Source: Octopus vulgaris
Taxonomy: Eukaryota
Length of the DNA stretch: 64,000 nt
NCBI GenBank assembly: GCA_951406725.2
Contig: OX597814.1
Location: 191,766,001 to 191,830,000, forward strand
Reading direction: 5' to 3'
Notes under the pieces: generated by a model
Seen by the model: only the letters and a program-made list of their open reading frames with translations
Told to the model about the DNA's origin: nothing
Database searches by the model: none
Shown: piece after piece, positions 1-12,365 of the stretch
Layout of the letters: the number at the start of each line of letters is the position of its first letter
Position numbering within the stretch: position 1 is the stretch's first letter
Made by a program: the position numbers and the translations under genes

Positions 1-258
1 TGGAACACGGACGTTTAATGATTGTGATAGTTGTGCCATTTTATGTCATCATCATCATTTGCGGTCTGTTTTTCCATACTGTCATAGGTTGGATGCTTTG
101 ACAGGAGCTGGTAAGGCCAGGGGCTGCACCAGGTTCTATAGTCTGTTTTCAGTTGGTTTCTACAGATGGATGCCCTTCCCTAACACTCCAGTGTCTCACA
201 TCTATAAAGAAGTTTGCTGAGGATGTAAGCTCTGTAGACTGCAGTTTTGTTGTGTGTG

Positions 259-444
259 TAGACAATTTGCCGATTGGACAATAAGTCGACATGCGCAAGT
301 ATCGATCATGGAGTTTATTTTTTCAAAATGTCGACATATTGTCCTTTCGGCAAATTGTTCAGTTGGTCAATTGTCCAGTCTGAAAGTTGTCTGTCAGCCA
401 ATTGTCTGCCGGCCAACTATCTGTCAACGAATTGTCCGGCTACC
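259..444. mobile_element. Small non-autonomous DNA-transposon-like element with internal inverted repeat and 15-bp subrepeats
   Basis: ACAATTTGCCGA..GGACAATAAGTCGACAT (262-292) inverted at 328-358, then about six AATTGTC.GTC.G.C-type 15-mers ending AATTGTCCGGCTACC. Confidence 0.5.
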
Positions 445-469
445 ATTTTGTTGTATGCTATTTGCACAC

Positions 470-1350
470 AGTTCTTCATTCTCATTATCATCCTAGCTAG
501 TCTTGAGGTTTTTCCTCAAATGCATCTGTTGATCTTAGACTCTGGAACAGTGGTCCTCAATCATTTTTTTCCTATGGGCCCCTTTGATTCCTTTTTCACT
601 TGGAGTAAGGGGCTCAGCCATTCAATCCTGAAAATTATATTTTTATAATTAAATATTAGGAATTTCATAAATTAAAATATTTAGTATATTGTAGAAGTAT
701 AAACTATTTACTACACATAAATTAACAGTAAAATCTTATATGGACCCCAGTTGAAACTAACTGCTCTAGAGAGAGAGGTTACCTGTGCTGAAGGATACAC
801 TACTTCCAGCTCATAATTGTTGAGGGAGGTTTTCAACACCTTGTCTTGGCACCTTCACACTTTTTCAGATTGATGGTCAACTTGAAGTCTTAACAAGCTT
901 TTGTTAGACTGTCTCTGAAGCATTGTAGTTGCTGTACCAAGTGTGTTACCAGTGCTACACAATCCATAAACAGCAAGTCTCTGAATACACCTTTTCAGGA
1001 ATTTTCTGCAATTTGTGTTGGGCTATGCAAGTGAAGATCTTCTCCATGGTGCTCAGCAACGAGACTCGCATGTAGTTATTGCAGTCACTTCTACCACCTT
1101 TATTTTTGACAATATTGCAGTCTCTCATATTCTGTAATACTTCTTTCCAGCATTGGTACATTTTTTTTTTGTGAGTGGTGCAATAAGATGTCCTTTATTT
1201 ATTTATTTATATATATATACTCTATGGACTCTGGAATGGCATCCAAATCTGGTGCCTTCTCAGTGGAAAACAGTTAATAAGTTTACTCAGCTCTTCAGCA
1301 GTCAGCAATACATCTACTTCTATCACTGGAAGGTATTCAGCAATACCTAG
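470..1350 (-). mobile_element. Decayed RTE-clade (BovB-like) LINE fragment, RT region
   Basis: ORF 955..1161 KNKGGRSDCNNYMRVSLLSTMEKIF..LQKIPEKVYSE matches the RTE motif KKGDRSDCNNYRGISLLS..GK.F..L...AE...PESQCGF; later NYELEVV and KINRCI remnants; interrupted by a MITE. Confidence 0.8.
548..763. mobile_element. hAT-type MITE (CAGTGGTTCTCAA family), copy 1
   Basis: TIRs CAGTGGTCCTCAA / TTGAAACTAACTG, degenerate 8-bp TSD ctctggaa/ctctagag; homologous to 16796-17004 and 51977-52224. Confidence 0.7.
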
Positions 1351-1617
1351 CACATTGACAGTGTGTTTGTATGTGCTTCACCCTGCACATATATGATCAT
1401 TATTTAATGTGTTTTTCCAAGTTGGAAGGTTTGACAGGAGATGCACTAAGCTCCAATTGTCTGTTTTAGCAAGGTTTCTATGGTAGGATGCCTTACCAAA
1501 CACCAGCAACTTTGTAGAGTGTAGTGAGTACTTTTTACATGGTACCTGTATGAGGCTTATAATTTCTTGGCTCAAATCTTCAAATTATAGTTATCATGGA
1601 GATATAGGTGATTGTAT

Positions 1618-1813
1618 TATTTTATTCTTTTATTTGTTTCAGCCATTTGATTGCGGCCATGCTGGAGCACCGCTTTTAGTCGAGCAAATCAACCCCAGGA
1701 CTTATTCTTTGTAAGCCTAGTACTTATTCTATCGGTCTCTTTTGCCGAATTGCTAAGTGACGGGGACGTAAATACACCGGCATTGGTTGTCAAGTGATGT
1801 TGGGGTGACACAA

Positions 1814-1846
<33 letters not shown>

Positions 1847-2010
1847 CGACCGGCTACTTTCAGTTTCCATCTACCAAATCCACTCACAAGACTTTGGTTG
1901 GCCCAAGGCTATAGTAGAAGGCACTTGCCCAAAGCGCCATGCAGGGACTGAACCCGGAACCATGTGGTTGGTAAGCAAGCTACTTACCACACAGCCACTC
2001 CTGCGCCTAT
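1618..2010 (-). mobile_element. SINE family A (tRNA-derived head, CORE-like CCTTGGGCAAGTG, internal microsatellite, AAAAGA-type tail)
   Basis: Reverse strand reads GGCGCAGGAGTGGCTGTGTGGTAAG (A box)..GGTTCAGTCCC (B box)..; about 20 copies in window; flanked by a 99-bp direct duplication. Confidence 0.9.
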
Positions 2011-2739
2011 GTGTAGTGGGTACTTTTTACATGGTACCTGTATGAGGCTTATAATTTCCTAGCTCAAACCTTCAAATTATAGTTATCACGGAGATATAGG
2101 TGATTGTATGAAGAACTTAAATTATAACCTAATTTTCCATATGTACATCCTATCTATATGAAGATTCTGAACTTCAGAGTTAATTTGTGTTATATTTAGG
2201 TATCCATTATTCATAGGATTTAAGGTAAGAAAACCATAAACTTCTAGGGATTATTTAATATATTCTGAACCCTGGCAATAAATCATTTTTAATTCTGTAA
2301 TTAGGGATACACAAAATACCTTTAAACATCAATGCCTCCCTACTTATGACTTGAAAATGCTATTCGAACATAGATAGATCAATAGCCTTCTGGACCTCTT
2401 GGTAAAGACATTTAGCACTTGGTTTAGACTGAATATGTTTGTTAGTTTGTATCTAAGTTCTGTGTGGTAGGGTTAGGGCTCCTTGCCAATGTGAACATAT
2501 TTAGTTCTTCATTCTGAGACATTTTGGAATATATTCCAGAGTCAAACTGGACAGAATTGCTAACTAGACTGAGCAGTTGGACAGCCCCCTGTCGTGTGTA
2601 TGTAGTGTGAGAGAGAGATGTATGTCATGTGTGTGTATGTTTTTTGTATGTTATATATGTTTGTGTGTGTGTCGTATGTATAATATAAGCATGAGCATTA
2701 ATAATGAAAGTGAAACATGTGAGAAACATTTGAAATTTG

Positions 2740-2830
2740 CTGAGCGAACGTTGACTTTTCGCTTAGACGCTCTCTACGGTCTCTCACTTTCTCTCACTCT
2801 CTCTCTTGCCTACTGCTGTAATCCAGAGTG
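2740..2830 (+). other. Candidate non-coding 5' exon
   Basis: CT-rich stretch at the start of the CpG island ending in a good donor GTG|GTAAGG (2830/2831); 5' boundary is a guess. Confidence 0.3.
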
Positions 2831-3667
2831 GTAAGGCGGATACCGATAGTAAAAGTACACTTTCTCAAATGCCTTGACTCCCGTTGTTGGCTTACGTAAT
2901 ATTGATGGATATGCAGGGAAACCACTATGGGATTTTTTTTTTTTTTTGCCATGCCAGTCTCATTAACTTTCGCACTTATGTGTGTGCGAGCGTGTGTATG
3001 TATATATGTAAGCAAGTAGTATTGTCTGAAAGTATAGGCATGTTGCGTTAGCGATCCCATTATGCAGTCACCGAATGAATTCTTTACTGTGCTCTTTACA
3101 ATGGCTATTTTATTTTTGCTTTATGTTTGTCATAGCTCTTTATCACGTTCTCAGATTAATGAAATTATAACAATTACTGAGGCTTTATAATGGTAGGGGA
3201 ATTGGAACCGACTCCAGGACATTGGCTCACTCAGAACGTAACCTCTATTTTTAGGAGGCTGTCCATGATTTCCATCCACCAAGTTGAAGTTGTAATGTAG
3301 TTATTGATATGAAGCGAGAAATATATTTTAAATTCAAAAGCAAAATCAATACCGAGAGAAATTTAGAATATTTTAGAGTTGCAACCCGAGTGGGTAAAAT
3401 CGTGGTGTCGTATTTGTGCCATTAAATGCATGATTGCCGCCGATGGCTTGCTTTATACACTTAGCAAGAAATGGATGACGGGTTTAGCGTTGTAAGGTGC
3501 CACTGCATTAAAATGTCTTCATTGAGAAGAATGCAGATTCAATCACTGTCTATCGTGTTATATTCCCTTGCATAATTTAGAAGGAAGTCCAAATTAGCCA
3601 AACAAAGAAGACAAATATTTAAAGTAAATTTTTCTGACTAGACAATATAGCATTATAATTTATTTTT

Positions 3668-3835
3668 ACTGTATGTGTGTATATGTGTGTGTGTGTGTAT
3701 ATGTGTGTGTGTATGTATGTGTGTGTATATATGTGTGTATGTGTGTGTATATGTGTATATATGTGTGTGTGTGTGTATATGTGTGTGGTGTGTATATATA
3801 TATATGTGTGTGTGTGTATATATGTGTGTGTGTAT
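3668..3835. repeat. (TG/TA)n compound microsatellite
   Basis: Direct inspection. Confidence 0.95.
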
Positions 3836-6059
3836 GAACGCGATATTTAGAGGATAATTTTAATTCGTTGTTCGCACAATTGCGCACCTACAGACGTATG
3901 TCTGTCTGTCTGTCATGAAACGAATGAGCTCATATACTTTAGGCCTTTTAAACCTAGTAGAATATAATATATGAAATAAATTGGTTTCAAGTTAGAATCG
4001 AAACCGGATCGTGGACCGTGAATTTACCTCTTGCCTTCACATTTACCTATATCGTGTATGAAAATTCTTCTCCGGCGTGTGCTGCACGTGTTTGAATGCA
4101 TGTAATTAAAGATCTTAAAATTATCGCCTTCTTCATTTATATATATTTTTTCTTTTTCTTCATCAGTCTGTGAGTGGATGCCATTTTAATTTTTTTTTTT
4201 TTTTTTTTCCTTTCTCCCCGTCTTCTCTAGTCTTGGATATATATATTTGTATGGCATAAAATTGTAACGTTTGCAAGTAGTCGGATTGAATGAGTTGTCT
4301 GTAGTTATTACCTGTTGTCAGTGTGGAAGTGTAATTAAATAAGGTGTGTAATTAAAAGAAACCATTATCACTGTTATTACGAAATATTTTCTTTAAAGCC
4401 AAGATACACGAGAAAATAAAATGCTCACCCGGACAAATTAAATTGATGGAGGTTGAATGTGATGGATAGAAGAAAGGAAAAAAAAGAAAAAGGAATAAAT
4501 AAATATACGAGGCATTACGTTATTTCTTTCTTTGCTTTATTGGAAATTAAATGGAAAGAGCAGAGAATAATCGTAATTTCGTTTGTCTATTTTAAATGAT
4601 CAAATTTATTTTTGCCTTGCGAAACGTCTTTGTCTAATCTCAATTTGTGATATCTCACCTTGGTTTTATTGTGTGTGAAAAACAACCGCTTTAATAGTAT
4701 GCGAGAGGAGACCAAGCTACTGGCAACTTCACCTTTATCTTCGCCATTTCATCTAACTAGTTTAGTAGTATACCACTTTCCTCTCTCTCTCCGATGATAT
4801 TCTTTTACCTTTACAAAAGGGCTCTGAATTATTTCGTTGCTTTTACTTGGCACAACCAACCTTGATTTTTATACAGCCGACCATCTTCACTATAATAGAA
4901 ATAAATTAAATTTAAGTATTTAGCTTACACACACACACACACCTTATTACCAACGGGTTTGACTTGTTCCTTTTCACTCCGTGTCTTTGTTGTTGATCAA
5001 TAAGTTTACGAGACTTAGCTTTTCAATTCATATTCTATTATTCCTCTACTTTCTTTAGGTAATTTGGCTCTCTAGATTTATATATATATATATAGATTTA
5101 TATATATATTTAGTGAAGTGCGTGCGTGCGTGTATGTATATATATTACACGCACGCACTTCACTAAAATTCAACTTTATTTGTAATTACCTGCCTCCTAT
5201 AATAGGTAAATTTGAAGAATACAACCGTTATTAGGTTGTGCTTTGTGTTTTTTCTCTACGGTTAACTGCAACTACAAGTAACTAGTTTAGTCTTCTGATT
5301 TTATATATATATATATATATATTCACCAACAGCAACGCTTTATTTTAGATCGAGCAACATTGGTAACCTGTTAATTATTTATTTATATTCGCTCTCTCTC
5401 CTGTCTCGCCTGATTTAGAATTCGCTCTGGGTGTATTCCCATTAGAATCTTTTTTTTTTCTTTCTGGTTTTGGCTGCTGTTAATAGCCTCCCAGTCAGTT
5501 TTTTTTTTTCCTTCTCTCTTCCCCTCTATTCCCCGAAGTTACAATTTCTCTTGAGGTTTCTATTATTCCATTTCGTGGGGGGAAATAAAAGAAAAAGCAT
5601 GCATGAGAAATTCTACACCTCTTTCTCATTAATCGTGAAATATAACAAAGATAATGAAAATTTAAAATAAATGCGTATCACTTGTTTTGTTATCATTTCT
5701 CTAGAGATTGTAATTTCGACGAGTAAACTGCCGTAGGAATTATTTTTCTTTTTCGGATTGTGCTTTGAGAGAACTTTTTTAAATCATTTTTTGCGTGTCC
5801 AGACAGATGTGGCTCTGAAGTACCTGTTCATGGGTCCATATCCTATTATTCACCAACAGAATACGACACTAAATTCTATTTCCCCTCAATATAAAGATGT
5901 AAGATATTGTAAAGTTATTGTTGGCGTGAGAACAAGTAGTCTATTCAATTTGGAAATAAATTCGATTCCTCGTCGAATATAGTATCGATATTTAACAACC
6001 TCCAAATGCTTACTATTGATAGTGTGACTGTTTGGTCTTGTCTGGAAACGATCATTTCA

Positions 6060-6500
6060 GTTCCGGCAGAATCGTCAGCACGCCGGGCAAAGTGCTTAGC
6101 GGCATTCAGTCCGTCCTTACATTCTGAGTTCGAATTTCGCCAAGGTCAACTTTGCCTTTCATTCTTTTAGTGGGGACGGGGGTCGATAAGTACCAGTTAA
6201 GCATTGGGGGTCGATATAATCGACTTACCCCCATCCCCGAACTAGCAAGACTTGTGCTAAAATTCGAAACCATTATTATTATTATTAGCATTGTTAGGGC
6301 GGCGTCTTGGTAGAATCGTTAGATTGTCGGGAAAAGCTTTGCGGTTTTTGCTTTCGTTCTTTACGTCTTGCGTACATATCCTTTCGAAATCAGCCGTGTC
6401 CTTTATCTGTTCTGGGTCAGTAAAGTACCAGTCAAGTACTGAGACTAAATAGTATCAAGTAAACCAATTCCATCGGAATCGCAGGCCTTGTGCTTAAGTC
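6060..6500 (+). mobile_element. Two tandem old copies of SINE family C
   Basis: GGCAGAATCGT.AGCACGCCGGGC..TTCTGAGTTCGAAT..GGTCAACTTTGCCTTTCAT..AAGTACCAG shared with intact copies at 37981-38192, 53131-53365, 62946-63177. Confidence 0.8.
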
Positions 6501-8390
6501 ATTAACACTGTTATGTTGCTAAAGATTGGGTCTTTGGATTTGCCTGCGTCCTCTTCCTGGGGAATTCATTTCCCCAGAGTTTTTGTTTTAGCTGAAGTAT
6601 CACAGTGTAAAAAAAAAAGTTTCTGCCAGGTGTCAACTACCTCCTCTAATTGGGTGAGACTGGTGCAGACGAGATATATATATATATATATATATATAAA
6701 TATTTATTTATTTTGTAGAAACTCAAGTAACAGAAATGTGTTCCACTGAGTCGTAGGATTTAGTGTGAAGAATATTTATAGACACATGTACTAAGAAAGG
6801 AAGGTATGGGTGGAGATGGTTAATTAATACGGAGATGCAAATAGCATATTTTAAAAAAGGAAGTTTATTATAGCAACAGTGGTATAGACATTGTGAATAC
6901 TATATAACAAGTCAAAAAAGGAAGACGGCTTTCAGTATAGGAGTATTCATTTAAATAATTGTTGTGGGCTTTTAAATAATTGTTGCTAAACAAACCATAG
7001 TACACAAATTAAACATATTAAACCGCATTATAAATTAATAGTTAAATATGGGAGTTTATTCTGTTGGGTGGTTGATGTTCGGAAGGGCATCCAGCTGTAA
7101 AAATCCTGCCAAAACAGTCACAGTTTGGTGCAGGCTTTTACCTGGCCAGTTCCTGTCAAACTGTCTCACCCATGCCGGCATAGAAGGCGAACAATGATGA
7201 TGATGGTTGCACTTTCTGCAAATAGTCTTAGTAGACAAAGTGGTAGATGCATTAACCGAAAGAATAGTGAGAGAAATATGCTGAAGAAGCCATTCCATCT
7301 TCCAGGGTTTGTTTTTGTGTATGGCTCTTTTTTTTTATCTCAATTAGACAAAGAAGAGAGATGATTCAAGAATCCAGAACACTAGGCGTTTCCATTAATA
7401 TAGGCTTGTTGTTTGGCTGCTATGCATATGAGGCTGCATGTGAATGATAAATCAAACACCATGCAAACATTTGATAGTAACTTTTGTTTCACCTCACAAG
7501 TAACATTCAGGTTGGCCATGAATTATAGAGTTCCAGAACAAGTCAACACAATCGAAGGAATAATTTAGTTGCACGCATAAATAGTTGATTACAAAGGCTG
7601 TGCATTGGAGTTTGTCACGACAGGAGAAAGTATACAGAGATTCATATCAGCCAACTATATTGACAAATTCAAGTTGAGCAGGAGTTGTTAAAATGACTGT
7701 TACAGTGGCAAGAGTGTGAGGAGCTGGACTGCAGGTTACCACTCACTGGAGTTGGTGCTAAAACCAATCATTTATATAACCTTTGTACTGGGATATTCCA
7801 GAATAATCTAGAAGTCAATAACTCAACCTCTCATGTGAACATGTGCTCTGTTGTGACTTAAACTTCACAATCTGTTGATTTGGTTTTGAATCTTGCTATA
7901 ATCTCAAAAAGAAATTTATTAGGGAGTAACCAGCACTTTATCTTCTGCCAGATCATGAGTTCCATCTATGGCACTGTGTTCTCAATGATAGCAGAATGCG
8001 TTACTTACTTCAGGCAGTGGAATTGACAGTTGTTATGGTGTCAGGACAGACTGCTCCATAGTATTTATGCTGAACTCTACGCTCTGAGATCAAATCCAGC
8101 TGAGGCCAAATTTGTTTTTCATCTTTTCAGAGTTGATCAAGTACCAATCCAAGGCGGTGGATTTTAAGAATGCCGGAATGGATTCCTTGTATTTGCTCTG
8201 GCTCTTTGTATCCTGAGTTCAAATCCTATGTCTTGCATCTTTCATGTCTTTAATGAAGTCCAGTCCATTGCAAGCATTCGGTCTAGCTTTCTGATTTGAG
8301 GATATCAGGATATCTTCTTTCCTTCCATTAGTCTTTGGGACCCTGTAATGAGTTGTTGGTACTGCTTACTCTGTAGATAAAGAGAAATAG

Positions 8391-9080
8391 AGGCGCAGGC
8401 ATGGCTGGTTGCTTCCCAATGACATGGTTCCAGAGTCAGTCCTACTGCATGGTACTTTATCCAATTATCTTCTACTTAGTATTGGGCTAATCAAAGCCTT
8501 TTGAGTAGATTTGGTAGGTGGAAACTGAAAGAAGCCTGTCGTGTGTTTTGTGTTTGTCCCTCACCACTACTTGACAACTGGTGTTGGTTTGTTTACAACC
8601 CTGTTACTTAGCAGTTCTGCAAAAGAGATTGTGTGGTAAGTAGCTTGCTTACCAACCACATGGTTCCGGGTTCAGTCCCACTGCATGGCACCTTGGGCAA
8701 GTGTTTTCTACTATAGCCTCGGGCTGACCAAAGCCTTGAGTGGATTTGGTAGACAGAAACTGTATGTATATATATCTATGTTTTTGGGTCTGTGTTTGTC
8801 CCCCCAATATCGCTTGACAACCAATGCTGATGTGTTTATGCCCCCGTAACTTAGCAGTTTGGCAAAAGAGACCGATAGAATAAGTACTAGGCTTACAAAG
8901 AATAAGTCCTGGGGTCGTGCTCCAGTATGGCCACAGTCAAATGACTGAAAAAGGGAAAAAGTAAAGTGAGAGAATAAGCTTTAAAACATTAAACACTGAT
9001 GTTGATTCCTTCAACTAAAGTTCTTCAAGCCAATGCCCTAGCATAGGGTATCGACTGAAACAAGTAAAAGTTAAAAAGTA
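8391..9080 (+). mobile_element. Old SINE A with a younger SINE A (about 8630-8968) nested inside
   Basis: Host breaks at GCAAAAGAGATT and resumes at AGAATAAGC; the inner copy is closer to consensus. Confidence 0.85.
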
Positions 9081-9409
9081 TATAAAAAATAAGCAGTGAT
9101 GGATATTAAAAGGTTAATTGTTCTTAACATTTGTTTCTAAGTAATTAATGTCAGTAATCTATTTTCTGCAACGATGTGCGATTTCAGAACCATTCAGTCT
9201 ATGATAGCCTTTGAAAAAAAATCCAAAAAACTTATCAAAAAATGCCTGGATGAAAACTTTTGTCTTTTTTCCTAATGATCTTCTTTAATGTCAATGATTA
9301 ATATTATGAAAATGGAACTGAAAATAATCTATGGCAGTGTCAGTAGAATATAATCTAGCTGAATTATTCTAAACGATCATTTTATTTATTAGAAACATTC
9401 TTTCTGTGA

Positions 9410-9781
9410 TAAGCATGACTGTGTGGTTAAGAAGCTCGCTTTGCAATCATGTGGTTTGGGGTTCGGTCCCAGTGTGTGTGTGGCACATTGGGTGGGTGTC
9501 TTCTACTATAGTATCTGGATTAACCAATGTCTTGTGAGTGAATCTGTCGTATACTATATTATACACATTAATATCAAGCAGTGTATATGTATGTATATAT
9601 ATATACATATATATATCATCATTTTAACGTCCACTTTCCATGCTAGCATGGGTTGGATGATTTGACTGAGGACTGGTGAACCAGATGGCTGCACCAGGCT
9701 CCAATCTGATCTGGCAGAGTTTCTACATCTGGATGCCCTTCCTAATGCCAACCACTCCAAGAGTGTAGTGGGTGCTTTTAA

Positions 9782-9813
<32 letters not shown>

Positions 9814-10020
9814 ATGTATTTTTTTATGTATGTATGTATATCTTTGTGTCTGTATTTGTCACTCCTCCCCACTTTCAGCACTTGACAACCAGTGTTGGTT
9901 TGTTATTCTCATGACTTAGGGGTTGGGCGAAAGAGACTGATAAAATAAGTACCAGACTTTAAAGAAAACATAGATTCTAGGGTTGATTGCAGTCCAATGA
10001 CCGAAGCAAGTGAGAGAAAC
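9410..10020 (+). mobile_element. SINE A with a SINE B 3' fragment (9616-9780, minus) in its microsatellite slot
   Basis: Head and tail of family A flank CATCATCATTTTAACGTCCACTTTCCATGCTAGCATGGGTTGG (family B tail, reversed). Confidence 0.8.
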
Positions 10021-10149
10021 TATAAAGAGCAGAATCTATAGAAAGATAATAGATTAATCATGTGACTTTAGAATTGTAAATTGTTTGGCTATTCTGACCA
10101 TGGTTTCATTTGGTTCTGAGTTATTGGACCAGAAATACAGGTGTCATCA

Positions 10150-10520
10150 TGGCTAGAAATAACAGCCAAATCACCCTCAAGTCACATCCTTACCATCTTA
10201 AAAACTGAAAGGGCCTTGGTAATGTTGTCCCAGCTACTCCTGAAATGACAGAATGGTCACATCTAAAACATAGCTGATCAATCAGGGCTGACCCAAGCTA
10301 AACAACAAACGCAAACAATTTAACGGAAGGGCTTATATGCAGTGGCTCAGCCTGATAGAAGTAGTAGCCAAATTTCTCTCTAACTGCTCTTAACTATCTG
10401 AAGGAAAAAAAAAAAGATACATTGAACAAGGGTAGTCTTTGATATGTACAAAATGACAGGGTGGTCAGGACTGGAGTAACTTTGATCATTCTTTTTAATA
10501 AAAGTCACCTGTAGCTAACA
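10150..10520 (+). repeat. Two tandem copies of a CAA-tailed retroposon fragment (family H; also 24580-24740, 41320-41470)
   Basis: Shared CTAGAAATA.CAGCCAAAT..CCCTCA..CAC..TACCATCTT..GGTCA.GG..GATCA..GCTAAACAACAA. Confidence 0.65.
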
Positions 10521-11164
10521 AGTAACAAAATGCTGAAATATTTTGGCTAAAAATGTCTTCCTTGCTGATTTGAACATGTTTGAAAGAGAAAGAACATTTT
10601 ATAACAGAAACTAAGGCTCCTATATGGATACACTATAAATAGTCAGCATTAGTCAGCAAGTTATCTTGTCTTTGTTCTAGTTTTTTTAAAACCATGGCAC
10701 TACACCTCACAAAATCAATTAATAAACTGCATGAGTAATTTATAATTGCATGTGTACTTGACTAAAACAAATATCTGTCAGGACTCCCATGACCGAACAA
10801 CACAGGGGAAATACCTCTGTTCGGTGGTGGAAATAGACGAGGAAATCAATACTATATAGACATTGTGATTAAGTACATACAAGAAGTTTGTTGTATTTCA
10901 AGCTCTCTGGCAGCGAACCAACATTTCACCAGGCATATTGGCTAACAGAACAATGCAATCTTTATTTCAGCTCTTGCTCTACCCAGTATTAGCATTAATT
11001 TATCAATGCTTGAGACTTTGCTAATTTATTAGGGTTATTTTTCTCTTTTTATTTTATCCATGTCCTAGACGGGTTACCGTGCATATCCCAGTGAAAGGAA
11101 TGTATTTCAATGAAGTGTGAACAATGTAAAGTTGAGGCTAAATTTCAGATTAAATTTACTATTT

Positions 11165-11365
11165 GTGAAAGCATGTGGCCTTGTATTACAGTGTTTGCAC
11201 TCATGATCACAAGATCACGGTTTTGATTCCTGGACTGGGCCTGCATTGTGTTCTTGAGCAGAACACTTCATTTTTACATTGCTCCAGTCCATTCAGCTGT
11301 AAATCAGTAACCCAGTGATGGACTGGTGTTCCATTGAGGTGGGGAATACTGTGATCTCTATCACT
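11165..11365 (+). mobile_element. Old tRNA-derived SINE related to the 58402 element
   Basis: GATCACGGTTTTGATTCCTGGACTGGGC B-box region, GTGTTCTTGAGCAGAACACTT core, GATGGACTGG motif. Confidence 0.65.
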
Positions 11366-11372
11366 TTTATGC

Positions 11373-11875
11373 ACTTTCTTGTACTTGTGATGGTGTTCAC
11401 CCAGGACGGGTTGAGCTGGCTTCTTCTCTGGTCCTAAAACGGCATCATGAACCATGGCTGTCCATGCTCGACGGTCCCGTGCGAGGTCACTGGAGATAGC
11501 GCGCCATTTGCAGTTCTATCTGTGCAGACCGACCACCTGCAGACCTGAGAGTTTGGAGAGGTCCTCCTTTATCATTCTTGCCCAGGTCTTCAGCTGTCCG
11601 CCTGTGCATTTGCGCCAGCTGGGAAGTGGAGTTAGGAGGAGGACATTGCGAATCAGCTCACCCTCTGGACGCCAGGCCGCATGGCCGAACCACCTTAAGC
11701 ACCATTGTAGAAGCACCGAAGGGAGGGGCCAGAGATTCAGGTGATGACGAAGACCGGCTGTAGGAACCCAATCAATGCGTCAGCAGCGAAGAATGCGGCG
11801 GAAACGGTCATTGTTGAACACCTCCAGCCCTTGCTGATCAACTACCCTCATAGACCATGTTTTGCAACCATGCCA
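11373..11875 (-). mobile_element. RTE LINE 3' end (relatively young); second 3' fragment at about 41510-41605
   Basis: ORF 11516..11716 LRWFGHAAWRPEGELIRNVLL.TPLPSWRK.TGGQLKTW..IKEDL is the RTE C-terminal RLRW.GH..R domain; upstream VEVFNNDRFRRILR; ends ..AQPVLG then a CAAGTA-type tail. Confidence 0.85.
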
Positions 11876-12015
11876 TGGAAATTGATTGGTCTTATGAGTT
11901 CTAGGAGCTGAGGCAATGCCCAGGAGTTGATGATGACATTAACAAATCAGTTTAAACCCTTTTGATGCTAACCCACCTGTAACTACTCTGGCTTCTATGA
12001 TACAGACTTCCTGTT

Positions 12016-12241
12016 TTAACTCTTTAGCATTTAAACTGGCCATATCCAGCCCAAATATTCTACTTGTTGTATGTTCAGACTGGCCAGATCAACATCTCAT
12101 GCCTACCCTACAAAGTTATTCTAAAATAAGCAATTACGTCATTGAAATGTCAAAGCTATAAGACAATGTATGAGTAATCTAAAACACTGTGAATAAATAA
12201 GCATTACATTTGACAAAGTAATCTGAATGCTAATGGGTTAA
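12016..12241. mobile_element. TTAA-site (piggyBac-like) MITE; further copies at about 21830-22037 and 35860-36074 in opposite orientation
   Basis: TIRs TTAACTCTTTAGCATTT / GAATGCTAATGGGTTAA; internal GGCCATATCCAGCCCAAATATTCT and TGGCCAGATC shared by three copies. Confidence 0.75.
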
Positions 12242-12365
12242 ATTCATCTTAATTAAAATCTTCCATCCAATTTTTCATGTTAATTTATGTTCCAAACACC
12301 AGCTTAATAATTATACAATTATTTGACTAAATTCTGCCTTTTTTTTTCAAAAGTGATTGAAACAA

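Larger units (their letters stand above)
2590..6560. promoter_or_regulatory. CpG-retaining, TE-poor island; candidate (alternative/intragenic) promoter or enhancer
   Basis: CpG dinucleotides are frequent here and scarce in unique sequence on either side. No SINE between about 2110 and 6050. Old SINE copies at 6060-6500 keep CpGs that same-family copies elsewhere (15910-16130, 35490-35710) have lost to TG/CA. Confidence 0.55.

Noticed and set aside
2200-2224. 25-nt micro-exon candidate (TTTAG|..AAG|GTAAGA)
   Set aside because: Weak pyrimidine tract, no recognisable peptide; such pairs occur by chance in AT-rich introns.
2468-2478. TAGGGTTAGGG telomere-like motif
   Set aside because: Under two units; expected by chance.
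7560-7800. Possible mariner transposase remnant (LEFVTTGESI)
   Set aside because: Too short and degenerate; no catalytic motif or TIR found.
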